A DNA stretch of 64,000 nt from Eledone cirrhosa (Eukaryota): contig OZ024740.1 in the NCBI GenBank assembly GCA_964016885.1, positions 120,590,001 through 120,654,000 of the forward strand, in the 5' to 3' direction. The position numbers were made by a program, and so were the translations under genes. Below are positions 1 through 11,728 of the stretch, piece after piece (the first letter of the stretch is position 1; every line of letters starts with the position of its first letter). The notes beneath the pieces are model-generated. The model had not been told where the DNA came from. It made no database searches and saw nothing but the letters and a program-made list of their open reading frames with translations.

Positions 1-1785
1 ATCAATGAATATGCGGCTGAAGTATTGAACCAATATGTCCTACCTACTAATACCTTTCAAGGTGGTCACTCAGCATACTTGCAGTGTAATGGTATAATCA
101 GTACAAAGACTTAAAAAATATATATATATTTCTTTAAGCTGATTTGGATTGTGAAAATCCCCATATAATCTTTACTCTACCTCTATTCCAATTATTCCCC
201 CTAGTTCTCTTGATATCAATCACTTACTCTCACTTACACTCATCCATTTTTATTGCTATCCTCTCCTGCTGATCATGCTTTTTCCTGTTTCATCTTCTTA
301 CAAGTGAGCTATTCTTGTCTACTTTTCACTAGTATTTCCCTAGCATCAATGTTTTGCCAATTACATTTATACTTCTGTCTTATTCCACACACTTGGTCAT
401 CATATTTTCATTTAGTTCCTTCTCAATCATGTTTTCCTTGAGCAGACGGAGACAACAATAAAAATGAATGTTTACTCTTGCAGGGTCCATGACAAACTCT
501 ATTGTGATGATAGCATGGACTGAGTACAATTTGTTGTGCTAACAAGGAAAGTAGTTATAAAATGATGACTGACCCCCCCCCCCCCCCCACACACACATAT
601 ATATTTATATATACACACAGATCTGTGTATGCACATACATTCAGATACATAGGCGTTATTTTTTTAAGACATGAAAGAATGGAAAGGTTAACACAAGTTG
701 AATGGCATAGTGGACAGATAGACAAACACAGACAGTGAGATAGACAGACAGCAGAAATGCATGCATACACACAGAAAGATAGAGAAGAGCTTAAAGAATG
801 AAAAAAAAAACCTGAATGAAATGGAAGAATTTAAAAAATAACATTTAGAAATAAGAAATAAGTAACTGAAGAAAATAAAGGATGATGCAGATAATGTTAA
901 GAACATATGATGATGAAGCAGTGAAAAAGTGGAAAATAAAGTATTTGTATAAGTAAGGTAGTCAGGTTGTCAGGTGAATATCTTGATTTTCAATAGAACA
1001 ATCATACAAACAACAATTTTTAATTAATTAAATCAAAGTTAGTAACATTACTTGTTCATCAAGGTCAATCCTACATGTGGATGAATGTGTATGCAGGATA
1101 GACAAAGACATAGCACATAAACAGCTGTAATGATGTGCATTTGTAAATTAGAAAATTAACGCCAGCAGTTAAAAGTAAGTCTTGATGTCTGTAAAGTATT
1201 GTATCAACAACTAACAAGAAGAGTTTATGAAACAGACATGAAATATATACATATCCCACAATTCCACTGTAGTGTCACTAGAGGTTAACATTCACAGAAA
1301 CAGATAATATGTTGCAGAACAATGTAAAAACAGCTGTATTCCTGCTGCAACAAAATCAATAAATTTGATCTCACCAATTAATCATTCTTATATAATTAAT
1401 ATTGTCAATGACATCATTAATCTAATTGATATTAATTTCACATTACCAATATTGTATATGTTATTAGCATTCTTCTTTTAATTAATATTTTCCACAATAC
1501 TAATGATAATATTAGCTTTGCCAACATTAATGTAATTAGTAATATCAGTGTTTCTAATCAGAGTTGTGTCTGCTATATAACTGAGCCGTTATGGTCAGTG
1601 AGGTGTTTAAATGAAGTTGAGTTCAATTCTTGTGATCTTAAGCAGTTCTATTTCCTTCAATATGGACTGATAGTTTGCTGTAGAAGTGTTGGAAGTTGGT
1701 ATAATAATGAATCAAATTAACAAATTCAGCTGGCTGCACTTCAAAACATTCCTTAAATGAAACCACTGATCAGAAAATTTGAGCT

Positions 1786-1975
1786 GATAATAATTCTTTC
1801 TACTTTAGGCACAAGGCCAGCAATTATCCAGTACATTGCTGGTACTTTATTTTATCGACCCCGTAAGGATGAAAGGCAAAGTTAACCTCGGCAGGATTTG
1901 AACTCAGACTGTAAGGGGATGTAACTATGCTAGAAAGCATGGCGTCCAACCCTCTACCGATATAGCCAATCCACT
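1786..1975 (-). mobile_element. tRNA-derived SINE with Meta/MESC-like core
   Basis: Minus strand shows an A-box-like TGGCTATATCGG, B-box GAGTTCAAATCC, core ACTTTGCCTTTCATCCTTACGGGGTCGATAAAATAAAGTACCAG and 3' GGCCTTGTGCCTAAAGTAGAAA. About 10 copies occur in the window. A 3' fragment follows at 1981-2040. Confidence 0.85.
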
Positions 1976-3877
1976 GAGCTGATAATAATTGTTTCTACTT
2001 TTGGCACAAGGCCAGCAATTACACAGTGTATTACTGGTACTGAGCTGATAATAATGAAATGTATTTTGTAAATATAATTTTAGTAATTTTTCCAGTAGCT
2101 GCATGGGGAATTCAGGCTCTGTCACCCGATAAACTGAAGATTGCAAGCTCTCAATGTACCAGCTACTCTAGTAGGTTTAGAGTAGCTGGTATGCTACTGC
2201 AATAGGGATAGAAGTGGCAATCCATAAGAATAAGCCTATGAGTTGGACTGCTGCTTTCGATGCCTTTCCCCGTTTCTGACTGCTGAGATCATGAGGCAAC
2301 ACCTACTTACTTGATAATTCTTCGTAAGTATACATTGTGTTTGTTATATAAAAAAAAAGTTTAAATTATTTTCATATAATAATTCTATCTGTATTGACAT
2401 ATCACATGCCATATTTCATAGGAAACTGAAATAATCTTAATTTATTCAGAGTTACTTTTCATAAATGAGACAAAATAAGTACAGTAAGCTTTCATTAAAC
2501 AGACCAATTATTTTTTTAACAATACACTACTTCTATACGGGTACTTGTTTAGTGATACTGAAAAGATGAAAAGCAAAGCTGTCCTCGACAGTATTTGAAT
2601 TCAACGATTTTTCATAGATATATTACACATGAAACATAGCACTACTATGTTTGAGGAAATTCTGGTATGTATTTATCACAGCAAGAATGAAATGTCAGAT
2701 AAATTATTAATTAACCCTTTAGATACAAAACTGTTTGCTTTAAAGTGTTTAAAGAAACAACATATTTCATATTGTATGGTACTTTCTGTTATTTCTCTTA
2801 CTATATTGTATATGTATGATTTGGTACAGATTCATTGTCGACAATCAAATGAAACATTTATCTATCTAACTCAATATTCCTTTTGAACTATCTTAACTTA
2901 ACTAGCTAATCACCAAAGCTATAATAAATAAACATTTTGTAATATAATACACCAGAAATATTCTTAGAATCATGGTTCTGATTATTGATATTCAGACAAT
3001 AATAACTGCTATTAGCTGTAGCTTCAAGGAACTTGATTTGTCGTATATTAATGAAACATTTCCTGCAGATTATCACTACTCATTGCTGGACTTTTCCTAA
3101 CCTGTTTTCATGCTATTCTTATTAACTTACATGTAATCTTTATAGTCATATAGTTGAACTAACAAGAGAGAATTCTATATGAATGGTTCAACCTGAACTG
3201 GTTGAATCCTTTACAAATGAGCTGATTGTCAGATCAATGCACAGAAACAATTTTACCATTGATCTTACTATTGCTGATACTATCTGCAAGTCATAAGTCT
3301 TAAAGTAGGTATTTAAACTTAGAACACACAAGACAGGATCGGACACAGCAAAGCATCCTATGAAACTTTAATAATTTTACAAATTCACTACTTCTAGACT
3401 TGTAATTTATTTAATAACCCTGAAAAGAGGAAATGTAAAGTATAAAGTTGTAGTGAACAAATCTATCTCAGCAAAATCACAAGCCTTTTTAAATATTGAT
3501 TAGATCATTCAATTCTAAGGCTTAAAATAATATGTTCTCACTATGATATCATTGCTAGAAAGTTGATTATATGTTAATGATTAACACAAATTCATAGGTT
3601 GGACACTTTCTGCATATCTGATAACTATAGTCAATAGAGTATCAGAAAATTAGTTAGGAGATTCGTATATTTTATCTGCGATATTATATGATCATGAGTA
3701 AGACTCTTAGCCTGAAATAGCCCAGTCAGGTGAATGCAAGTAGTTTCTTCATGAGAGAGTATTTCACTGCTGTGAGCAAAAGCAGTACAAGAGATTTGAC
3801 AAGTATTTCATTAGCTTCCTGTAGTTAATTAAGTTCCTATTATGTAAATCTACAGATTTTGCAGTATTATTGTGAAT

Positions 3878-3994
<117 letters not shown>

Positions 3995-5384
3995 ACATGC
4001 ATGAAAAAAAATGTGGCTGTGCATATGCAAAAGAAATTGACAGAGAGAATAAAAAAGAAAATGTAAAATTTACACAAAGTTGTTCTAAATACTCTAAGGA
4101 AAAGGTGACAATGCATACATAATTTGTCTTAACATATTATTACCCTAATTCCTATCTGAATCATGGAAGCTTAAATAAATGGAAAATACCTTTGATTAAG
4201 ATAAAATACTTGCCTTGGATATCAACAAATTTTTCTTGGAGATTTTACCCCTTTTTATTTTACTTGATTTTATTTGCTTATTTCTGGAATGATTTAATTT
4301 TCAATAAAGCTTTACAGGAAAGTCTCTGTGTTAAGTCATTTCCCATAGACTTTGAGCACTAAGAATTTTACCAAAGTAGTTCTGTGTAAATTATTATATT
4401 TTAGTTTGTTGAAGCCAATTATTTAGTATGGTGTTTAACTATGGAAAACCTAATGCAAAGAAAACGTATGCAAAGAGGGAGATCATCACTTCAGTGCATG
4501 AGGAAAATGTAAAGGGTGTACATACAAGGATTAGTAGCAGTAGTATATCATTAACTTTTGGAAAAACTGAATAATTGACTCAGGGTAATAAAAATAATCT
4601 CTGAATGAGGATAGATTGAGAAAAGAAAGAGAATAAGCAAATAACTGAAGTAAATGTGACATCATTCAGTGAGATATGGAAATCATTTAGAGGAATAAAG
4701 TATTGAATGAGAGCTGGAGGGATGAGTTGCTCAATAATTTTGGAATAATATTCACTTATAATTGGATACAAAATAATGGTTGATCGAGAAAGGGACAGCT
4801 GGTAGGAAAGAAGAGAGTTAATCTTAAAGGAGGAAGAAGGGGAACTCAATGAGAGAGGAATTATTCAATTCAATTCAGGTTTTAAGTAATTCAAACAAGT
4901 ATATTAAAAGTGATTAAATAATAGTAAACAAATGTAATAAAAGTATAATGAGGGCTTACAGGGCTGAGTGTATGATGTTGGGCTCATGATTATATGTTTC
5001 ACCTCCAGACTGGGTGAAGCATTATGTTCTTGACGAAAGCACAACATTTCATATTGACTTAACCCACTGAGCTGCAAAAATATATTCTGTCAACAGCAGC
5101 TGGGGGTAACTTTGTGACATACTGGTGTGAAATTAAGAAGGAAGTTTTGTACTCTCAGATACCCAATGTCTCATGAAACAGATAAGTTCCAGCCTGGGGA
5201 GCATCTAGTCTTGAGAAAAACTTTGTTAGTTTATATGATTAGGATAATGAATTAGATCGGATGAAAAAATGAGGATAGAAATAAAAGAATGAATGTTGAA
5301 TAAAAACTGTTAAAATCTGTAGAAAATATGTAGAGAAAATGAGACTCAATAGAAAGATATTTAGCAATGCTCAATGTCTTTCTG

Positions 5385-6530
5385 GATACTCTCCACCACT
5401 TTACCACTTCTTCTTAGAACTATCAATTTCGCTAAAACACTCACGGTGGTTAAGGATTAATTTGACGATTCTATTTGGATAAAAAATCTAATAGTACCCC
5501 ATTCGACATGAGTATGGGCGCCAGCGATTCGGCGGAGGTTACAAATCTTATCGGCCTTTTCCTTCTTTTCTCTATCAAGGAAGAATTCCCTAATGAGGCC
5601 AACCTTTCGGTCGTAAACTACCTCGACGTTACTCTCAATTTGTCAAATGGCTTGCACTACCCGTATAGAAAGCCGAATCATACGCTTAATTACATCAGTA
5701 AGCATTCTAAGCATCCTGCCAGCATAGCCAAGAACCTGGTAAGAAACGTTTCTTTGAGGCTTTCCCGTCTATCTACAAATGAGCACGTTTTCACCGACCA
5801 TTCCACATATTACAATGAAGCTCTCACCCGAAAGTAGAATATACTAAGTATGAGCATAAACCTAGGAAAGATAGATCCCAACGCATTATATGGTATAAGG
5901 CACCATATAATATGGAGGTGGACACACCAACAGCTAAGATCTTTCTCTCCCTTATTAAGAAGCATTTCTCTTTGCACATAAAGATAATAAGATTTTTAAT
6001 AGAAATACCATTAAAATATATTACTCCTCGACTCCGAACTTTGCACCTAACATCACTGCTTCAAATTTACCTAAATTACCTAGCCGTAGGAACACGTGCA
6101 ACCCTGTAGCTAGCACTAACTGTAATTGTAGGAATCGGGTTGACTACCCTCTTTCCGGGAAATGCCTCTCCAGTAACATTGTCTACAAATGTAAGGTTGA
6201 AACACTCATGTCTAGTAGGGCCTACATAGGGTTAACCGCCAATAGATTCAGGCAGCTTCTTTACATGCACACCCATTCTTTTCTTAACCCTTTAAGAAGG
6301 AATATGACATCACTTTCAGCTTATATCTGGAGTCTAAAAGACAACCACACCCAATATAGGTTACACTGGGAGATCCTAGATAAAGCTAGATCGTATAAAG
6401 AAAATAAAAGACTATGTGATATTTGCGCCGCTGAAACCCTGGAAATACTCTATGTCAATGATCACATCTTAAACAAATAATCTGAGACAATTTCGGCTTG
6501 TAAACTCAAATTGCATAAATATTTTCTGTA
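5385..6530 (+). pseudogene. Decayed Penelope-like element (YRDD-type, tentatively Nematis-like) RT + GIY-YIG
   Basis: PFDMSMGASDSAEVTNLIG (RT motif B), VNYLDVTLNL, SKHPASI, CNCR..PL.G.C, NIVYKC..AYIGLT, W.L...W.I, CDIC..E. Multiple frameshifts, and the catalytic YRDD segment is deleted. Homologous to 28391-29752. Confidence 0.85.
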
Positions 6531-7140
6531 TTACAGCCCCACATTATACCCTAATGGATAGTACGAACAATACGCGGATAATTTACGTCTTGATGTGGTA
6601 GCTAAATATATTTTATGATTATACCATTACTTATTTGTATAGGTAAGTATACATTACCTGTATGTTTTGTGGAGGTACGTATACTTTTTCGTACGTATAT
6701 ATGCTTGTATTTGTTAAAGGTGTATATATTATATATACTGGTATATGTGTATTTTGTGTTTGTGTGTGTATGCATGTACGTAAGGTGTGTATATGTGTAT
6801 TTTGAGTTTTGGTATACGTACGTTTGGTAACGTGTGTATTTACCTGTAGGTATGTGTGTGTGTGCATTATATACGTATTTATGTGTGTATATTTATATGT
6901 ATACACACGCACATTTTTTAATGTGTATTTGGTGTATACATTCGTATGTGTGTGGGTAGATGTGTCACGCGGGTTTATGTATGTGTGCCCGTGTTTCTGT
7001 GTACGTGCATGTATATGCATGCATGGCAGGTGTTTTGCGTATGCACGTATATTGATGTATGTATATATTTGATTATTATTACTTTTATGATTTTAATAAA
7101 CTCTGTCATTTTCGTTCAACTAATTTATTTACATTATTCT

Positions 7141-7298
7141 TTGGCAGTATCGGTAGAGGATCAGACACCATGCTTTCCAGCATAGTTACGTCCCTTAACG
7201 ATCTGAGTTCAAATCCCGCCGAGGTTAACTTTGCCTTTCATCCTTACCGGCTCGATAAAATAAAGTACCAGTAATGTACTGGGTAATTGCTGGACTTG
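7141..7298 (+). mobile_element. Meta-core tRNA SINE
   Basis: TGGCAGTATCGG A-box, GAGTTCAAATCCC B-box, same core as 1786-1975. Confidence 0.85.
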
Positions 7299-7615
7299 TT
7301 TATGGTATAAATGTGGTTTTGTCTTCGCATGTATTTGTTCTCAACGCACCGCATAACGATGTATTATCTTCGCTTTTTTCCCGTTTGTTGCCATGAACAA
7401 AGTATTGCCTTTCTGTTTTCCTTCGGTTGCAACGTTTTTCCAAATATTTACGTCTGCGTTCACAGATTGATTTTTTTAGTTTCAGAAGATCCGGTTAAGG
7501 GTGAAAGCAGCAATTATTTGCTTACATTTTAATCTGTTATTTTAAAAAATATTTGCTCTAGGATTCTAATATACTTGATATATATTTATCCTTCTCGAGC
7601 CTTCTTTGGATTTTA

Positions 7616-8005
7616 GATACGCGACGGCTGGAGAGAAATGAAGCAAGTATACTCCGGTGGATATGCAATGTCAATGTGCGTGAACGACCAAGCATAGACG
7701 AGTTGAGAAAGAAACTGGGTATAAGAGGGATAAGTTGTGGTGTGCAGCAGAGAAGGCTGAGATGGTATGGACACATGATGCGCATGGAGGATGACCGGTG
7801 GGTAAAGAAGTGCCAAGAAATCCCAGTAGAAGGAAAACGCAGGTAGACCACGAAAAACATGGGCGGAGGTGGTGAGAGCAGACCTCAGATCGCTGAAACT
7901 CACCGAGGAGATGACGAAGGACCGTGACAAGTGGAGAGATGTTGTGCTGAATAGGACCCGTCCAACCCTTGCAAGCAGGGAATAGTAGACATATGATGAT
8001 GATGA
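7616..8005 (+). mobile_element. RTE-clade LINE, 3' fragment
   Basis: Translates RRLERNEASILRWIC..RRLRWYGHMMRM..RPRKTW..DRDKWR and ends in a (TGA)n tail. Confidence 0.85.
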
Positions 8006-8039
8006 TTATATTTGTATTTTTAACTGCTGGTCAAACAAT

Positions 8040-8174
8040 GATAAAGATTGATTGCCAGATAAATTAACTATGGAAACGATACAGAAGCGAAAACCAATCC
8101 AAACTAAACAGTGAGTGTGTTTTATTATTATTTCTGGCAATATTATAACAATATGACCCTCCCCAAATATAACA
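8040..8174 (+). mobile_element. Diverged relative of the Naiad-like pLTR 3' end
   Basis: Ends ATATGACCCTCCCCAAATATAAC versus ACATGACCCTCCCAAAGTATAAC, then runs into (TA)n. Confidence 0.5.
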
Positions 8175-8275
8175 ATATATAAATATATATATATATCTCT
8201 CTCTATATATATCAATATATATATATATATCAATATATATATATATATATATCAATATATATATATATATATATT

Positions 8276-8490
8276 AGAAAGTAAGGTTTTTTTTACAAAA
8301 TGAAAAATAACCAAGGTGTCCCACACGAGTGAAAGTATAAAGAAAAAAAGATGAAATCGAAAAGGCAACTGGAGACTTATTTAAAAAAAATATATATATA
8401 TTTATTTGTTTCCTTTACCGGTTTCGCAGTTCTTCTGCTTTTCAAAAGTAGAGTTGAGATGGAAGGTCTGTGGTTTTTATCACATCTGTA
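8276..8490 (-). mobile_element. HHR-bearing repeat family B (PLE terminus-like) with tail
   Basis: Colinear similarity to 26745-26912, including the tail (TGGGACA...AAACCTTACTTTCT). Confidence 0.7.
8413..8448 (-). ncRNA. Minimal type I hammerhead ribozyme, U3-A8 variant
   Basis: ctt TTGAAAA gcag-aagaa-ctgc GAAA CCGG TA aag. Confidence 0.65.
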
Positions 8491-8492
8491 CG

Positions 8493-8657
8493 AACTAGTA
8501 CATCGTTCCTGTGTCAGTGTTGAGCAAAAAGGTGACGTGGTTGCCTTAACACCGTGCGGCATAAATTCAGGCTGTTCAGTTTGTTTACAAACGAACAAAG
8601 CGGGCGCTATAATAAGCGTCCGCTGAACTGATGCGTACATATATGTATGTGTACCTG

Positions 8658-8695
<38 letters not shown>

Positions 8696-8753
8696 TGCTA
8701 CTGTACGTCTGTATACATATATGTATGTACGTATACATACATACTTACATTTA
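8493..8753 (+). mobile_element. HHR repeat family C, 3' part
   Basis: Close reverse-complement match to ~36805-37096. Starts inside HHR stem III (AACTAGTA) and ends TTACATTTA. Confidence 0.8.
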
Positions 8754-9198
8754 TATATATATATATATATCAATATATATATATCAATATATATATATAT
8801 ACATATATATATCAATATATATACATATATATATCAATATATATATATATATATATCAATATATATATATATATATATCAATATATATATATATATCAAT
8901 ATATATATATATATATCAATATATATATATATATATCAATATATATATATATATATCAATATATATATATATATATCAATATATATATATATATATATCA
9001 ATATATATATATATATATATATATCAATATATATATATATATATATCAATATATATATATATATATATCAATATATATATATATATATATATATCAATAT
9101 ATATATATATATATATCAATATATATATATATATATATCAATATATATATATATATCAATATATATATATATATATATCAATATATATATATATATCA

Positions 9199-9252
<54 letters not shown>

Positions 9253-9529
9253 ATATATATATATATATATATCAATATATATATCAATATATATATATAT
9301 ATATCAATATATATATACATATATATATCAATATATATATATATATATCAATATATATATACATATATATATCAATATATATATATACATATATATATCA
9401 ATATATATATATATATATATATCAATATATATATATTAATATTTATATATATATATATATATCAATATATATATATATATATATATATATATCAATATAT
9501 ATATATATCAATATATATATATATATATC
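8754..9529. repeat. Compound (TA)n microsatellite with periodic TCAA
   Basis: TCAA(TA)n units; a similar tract lies at 8175-8275. Confidence 0.95.
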
Positions 9530-9662
9530 GTTATACTTTGGGAGGGTCATGTTGCCAATAAGAAACACACGCACCAGTTGCTTTCACTTCAATTTATTAT
9601 AATAAATTTATAAATTTCTGGTTGGATGGTTGGTTCCACAACCAGATAGTTGTTTATATATT

Positions 9663-9705
9663 GTCATAGTTCTTTCGTCACATACTCTGTGACCTCTTCA
9701 GTGAC
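9663..9705 (-). ncRNA. Minimal type I hammerhead ribozyme in pLTR
   Basis: gtca CTGAAGA g gtcaca-gagta-tgtgac GAAA GAAC TA tgac. Confidence 0.8.
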
Positions 9706-9908
9706 TGGGGATTCCTTTCTTTGTTTCTGTGCCTCTCCTTTGTTCTGTCCTACGCCATTTTGTTTCTGTGTCTGTGTTGTGTGCTCAGTCTGCGCATGCG
9801 CCACATCCGGGTGTGTGTGTGTTTATGTTCATTTATTTATTTGTTTGTTTATTTACATGTTACTGGTTGGTTGTTTGTTCTATGTGTGTGTGTGTTTTCA
9901 TTTTGTCC

Positions 9909-11697
9909 TTAATTGTAAGTTGGGATGTTGCTGTTCCACTCATATTTTCTATTTAATTTTGGTTGTAATTCTTTTATGTTTATTGCCTCTGTGATTTGTC
10001 TAAACATTGCGTCTTTTCTGTGTGTAGATTCTATTTTTATTTCTATGTTCTCTAATTTACCCTTGTGTTCTATTTTAGCATGTTGGTTGAGTACAGATGA
10101 TTCTTTACTATCTTGAAGGTCTCGCCAGTGTTCATTTATCCGTTCCACTACACTACGAGCAGTCTCACCTATGTACACTATATTTTTGTCTCTACATTAT
10201 CCTTCAGTACATCTTATGCTATACACTACATTTCTAGTTTTACAGTTAATATGGGGGCTTATTTTACAGGTTATACATTTCTTATCTATACATGAGGGTC
10301 TTTGAAAAGGGTATGTCTTGCTAATAAGTATTTTTACGGAGGTACCTGGTCTTTCTACTATCTTAATGTTGAGTTTATGTTTATCTAGGGCCCTTCTAAA
10401 TTTGTAAGCTAATTCACCTCTAGGGGTTGTATCGATGAACATAACACTCTGGTATTTATTGTTATCATACCATGAGTTTATTCTCTTAGCCGTGTTCCTA
10501 GTTCTTTCTATTCTATTCCAAAATTTGCTCCTATACAAGGGGCAGGTCCCATTTATGTCATTATTTACCATTTTTTCCCATTTGGTTCTGGCTCCTCTAT
10601 ACACTCTGATTTTATCTCGCTGATTGTAGCCAGAGAACTGCATACGGTGGATGAAGTGTTGTATGTGTCTCTCTAGTTCTTCGGGGTTGCACATGCGGGA
10701 CACGTTTCTCATCACCCGTACCAAATCCGCAATCAGTATGTTGATTTTGGTATGGTCCGAAACGGCCGAGTTTCGGTGGATCAGATGTTTGGAAGTCATG
10801 GGTTTGGCATAATGGGAATGGAGGATTTGTTTTTTGTTATTAATGGTATCTAACCAGAGCTCTGTGTCTAGTACAGGTAATCGATGGTTAGGGTGTTTAC
10901 TTGGGTAGTCTATAGTAACTCTAATGCTCTGGTGGATGGAGTTAGCTATTTGCTGGATGCTTTCCATTGTGTTTTTCTCTAGTTCCTGACTGTTCTCTAG
11001 TGGGGGTGTCTTAACTACGATGTTTATATCATCAACGTAGCGGGAGTACATTATCAGGGTTAAGGGGTCTTCTAATTGTTCTTTAGGCTTAAATTTAAGT
11101 CTACTGTCCCACCATACCCTGAATAAGTTAGCTATGTCGCCTGCAATGCTAACACCAATGGCTGCTCCTTCCTCTTGGGCATATGTTTTTCCATTAAATT
11201 TGAACATATGTTCCTTAAGGGTTAGTTTTATGCTGGCCCCTACCGCATGTGCAATCATTTTCTTCGGTTTATCGTGGTTTTCGGGTGTCCGTATGGCTCT
11301 GGTCCACCCGTTCCATCTATCTGTGTGGGTTTTCTTGGCCATTGAGGTAATGGTAGGTGGTCTGCCTCTTGCTGGTCTTGTAAGGCACAGGTTGCTAAGG
11401 TCATATGTTTCTAGGTAATTATTACTATAGGTAAGTTTAAGTAGGAGTCCCAGCTCACTGGTATCAATCCCACGGAACTCAACATTGCTCTCACTGATCA
11501 TTTCTACGCATTTCTCCACAGCAAAATCCACGTCAATAGATGGATACAGGGATACAACATCCATACTACCTATTATGCAGTTTGTTAGGTCCCTAGATCG
11601 GTTACTCACGCCGATTCTGCTGATGAGGTCCTCCGTGCTGTCACATACATCTGGGGACATTTCGATGATGGGGCGTATGATCAGGGAGAGGAAGTAG
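9909..11697 (-). pseudogene. PLE RT-GIY-YIG ORF, left arm (5'-truncated, one TAA stop at ~10197)
   Basis: IIGSMDVVSLYPSI, QEEGAAIG, YSRYVDD, LPVLD, CxxxxCxxC linker, VVY..C....C..VYIGET, H...H, LNRKYEW. Confidence 0.9.
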
Positions 11698-11728
11698 GAC
11701 GTATGGAAAGGAAGTAGGAGAGGAAGTG

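Noticed and set aside
1048-1345. Possible minus-strand exon (TTGCAG acceptor, GTAA donor)
   Set aside because: No sustained open frame or recognisable protein; such signals are common by chance.
2157-2300. 14-bp-arm hairpin and a GAAA..GTC half motif on the minus strand
   Set aside because: No CUGANGA core; too short to assign.
7485-7530. HHR-like CAGAAGA tcc..gggt GAAA gca..tgc TT
   Set aside because: U4 is mutated and there is no convincing stem I.
8631-9602. Long Y/I/H/T/C/V-rich ORFs here and at 3.8, 35.5-38.4, 40.1-40.9 and 54.2 kb
   Set aside because: These are translations of microsatellites that lack stop codons.
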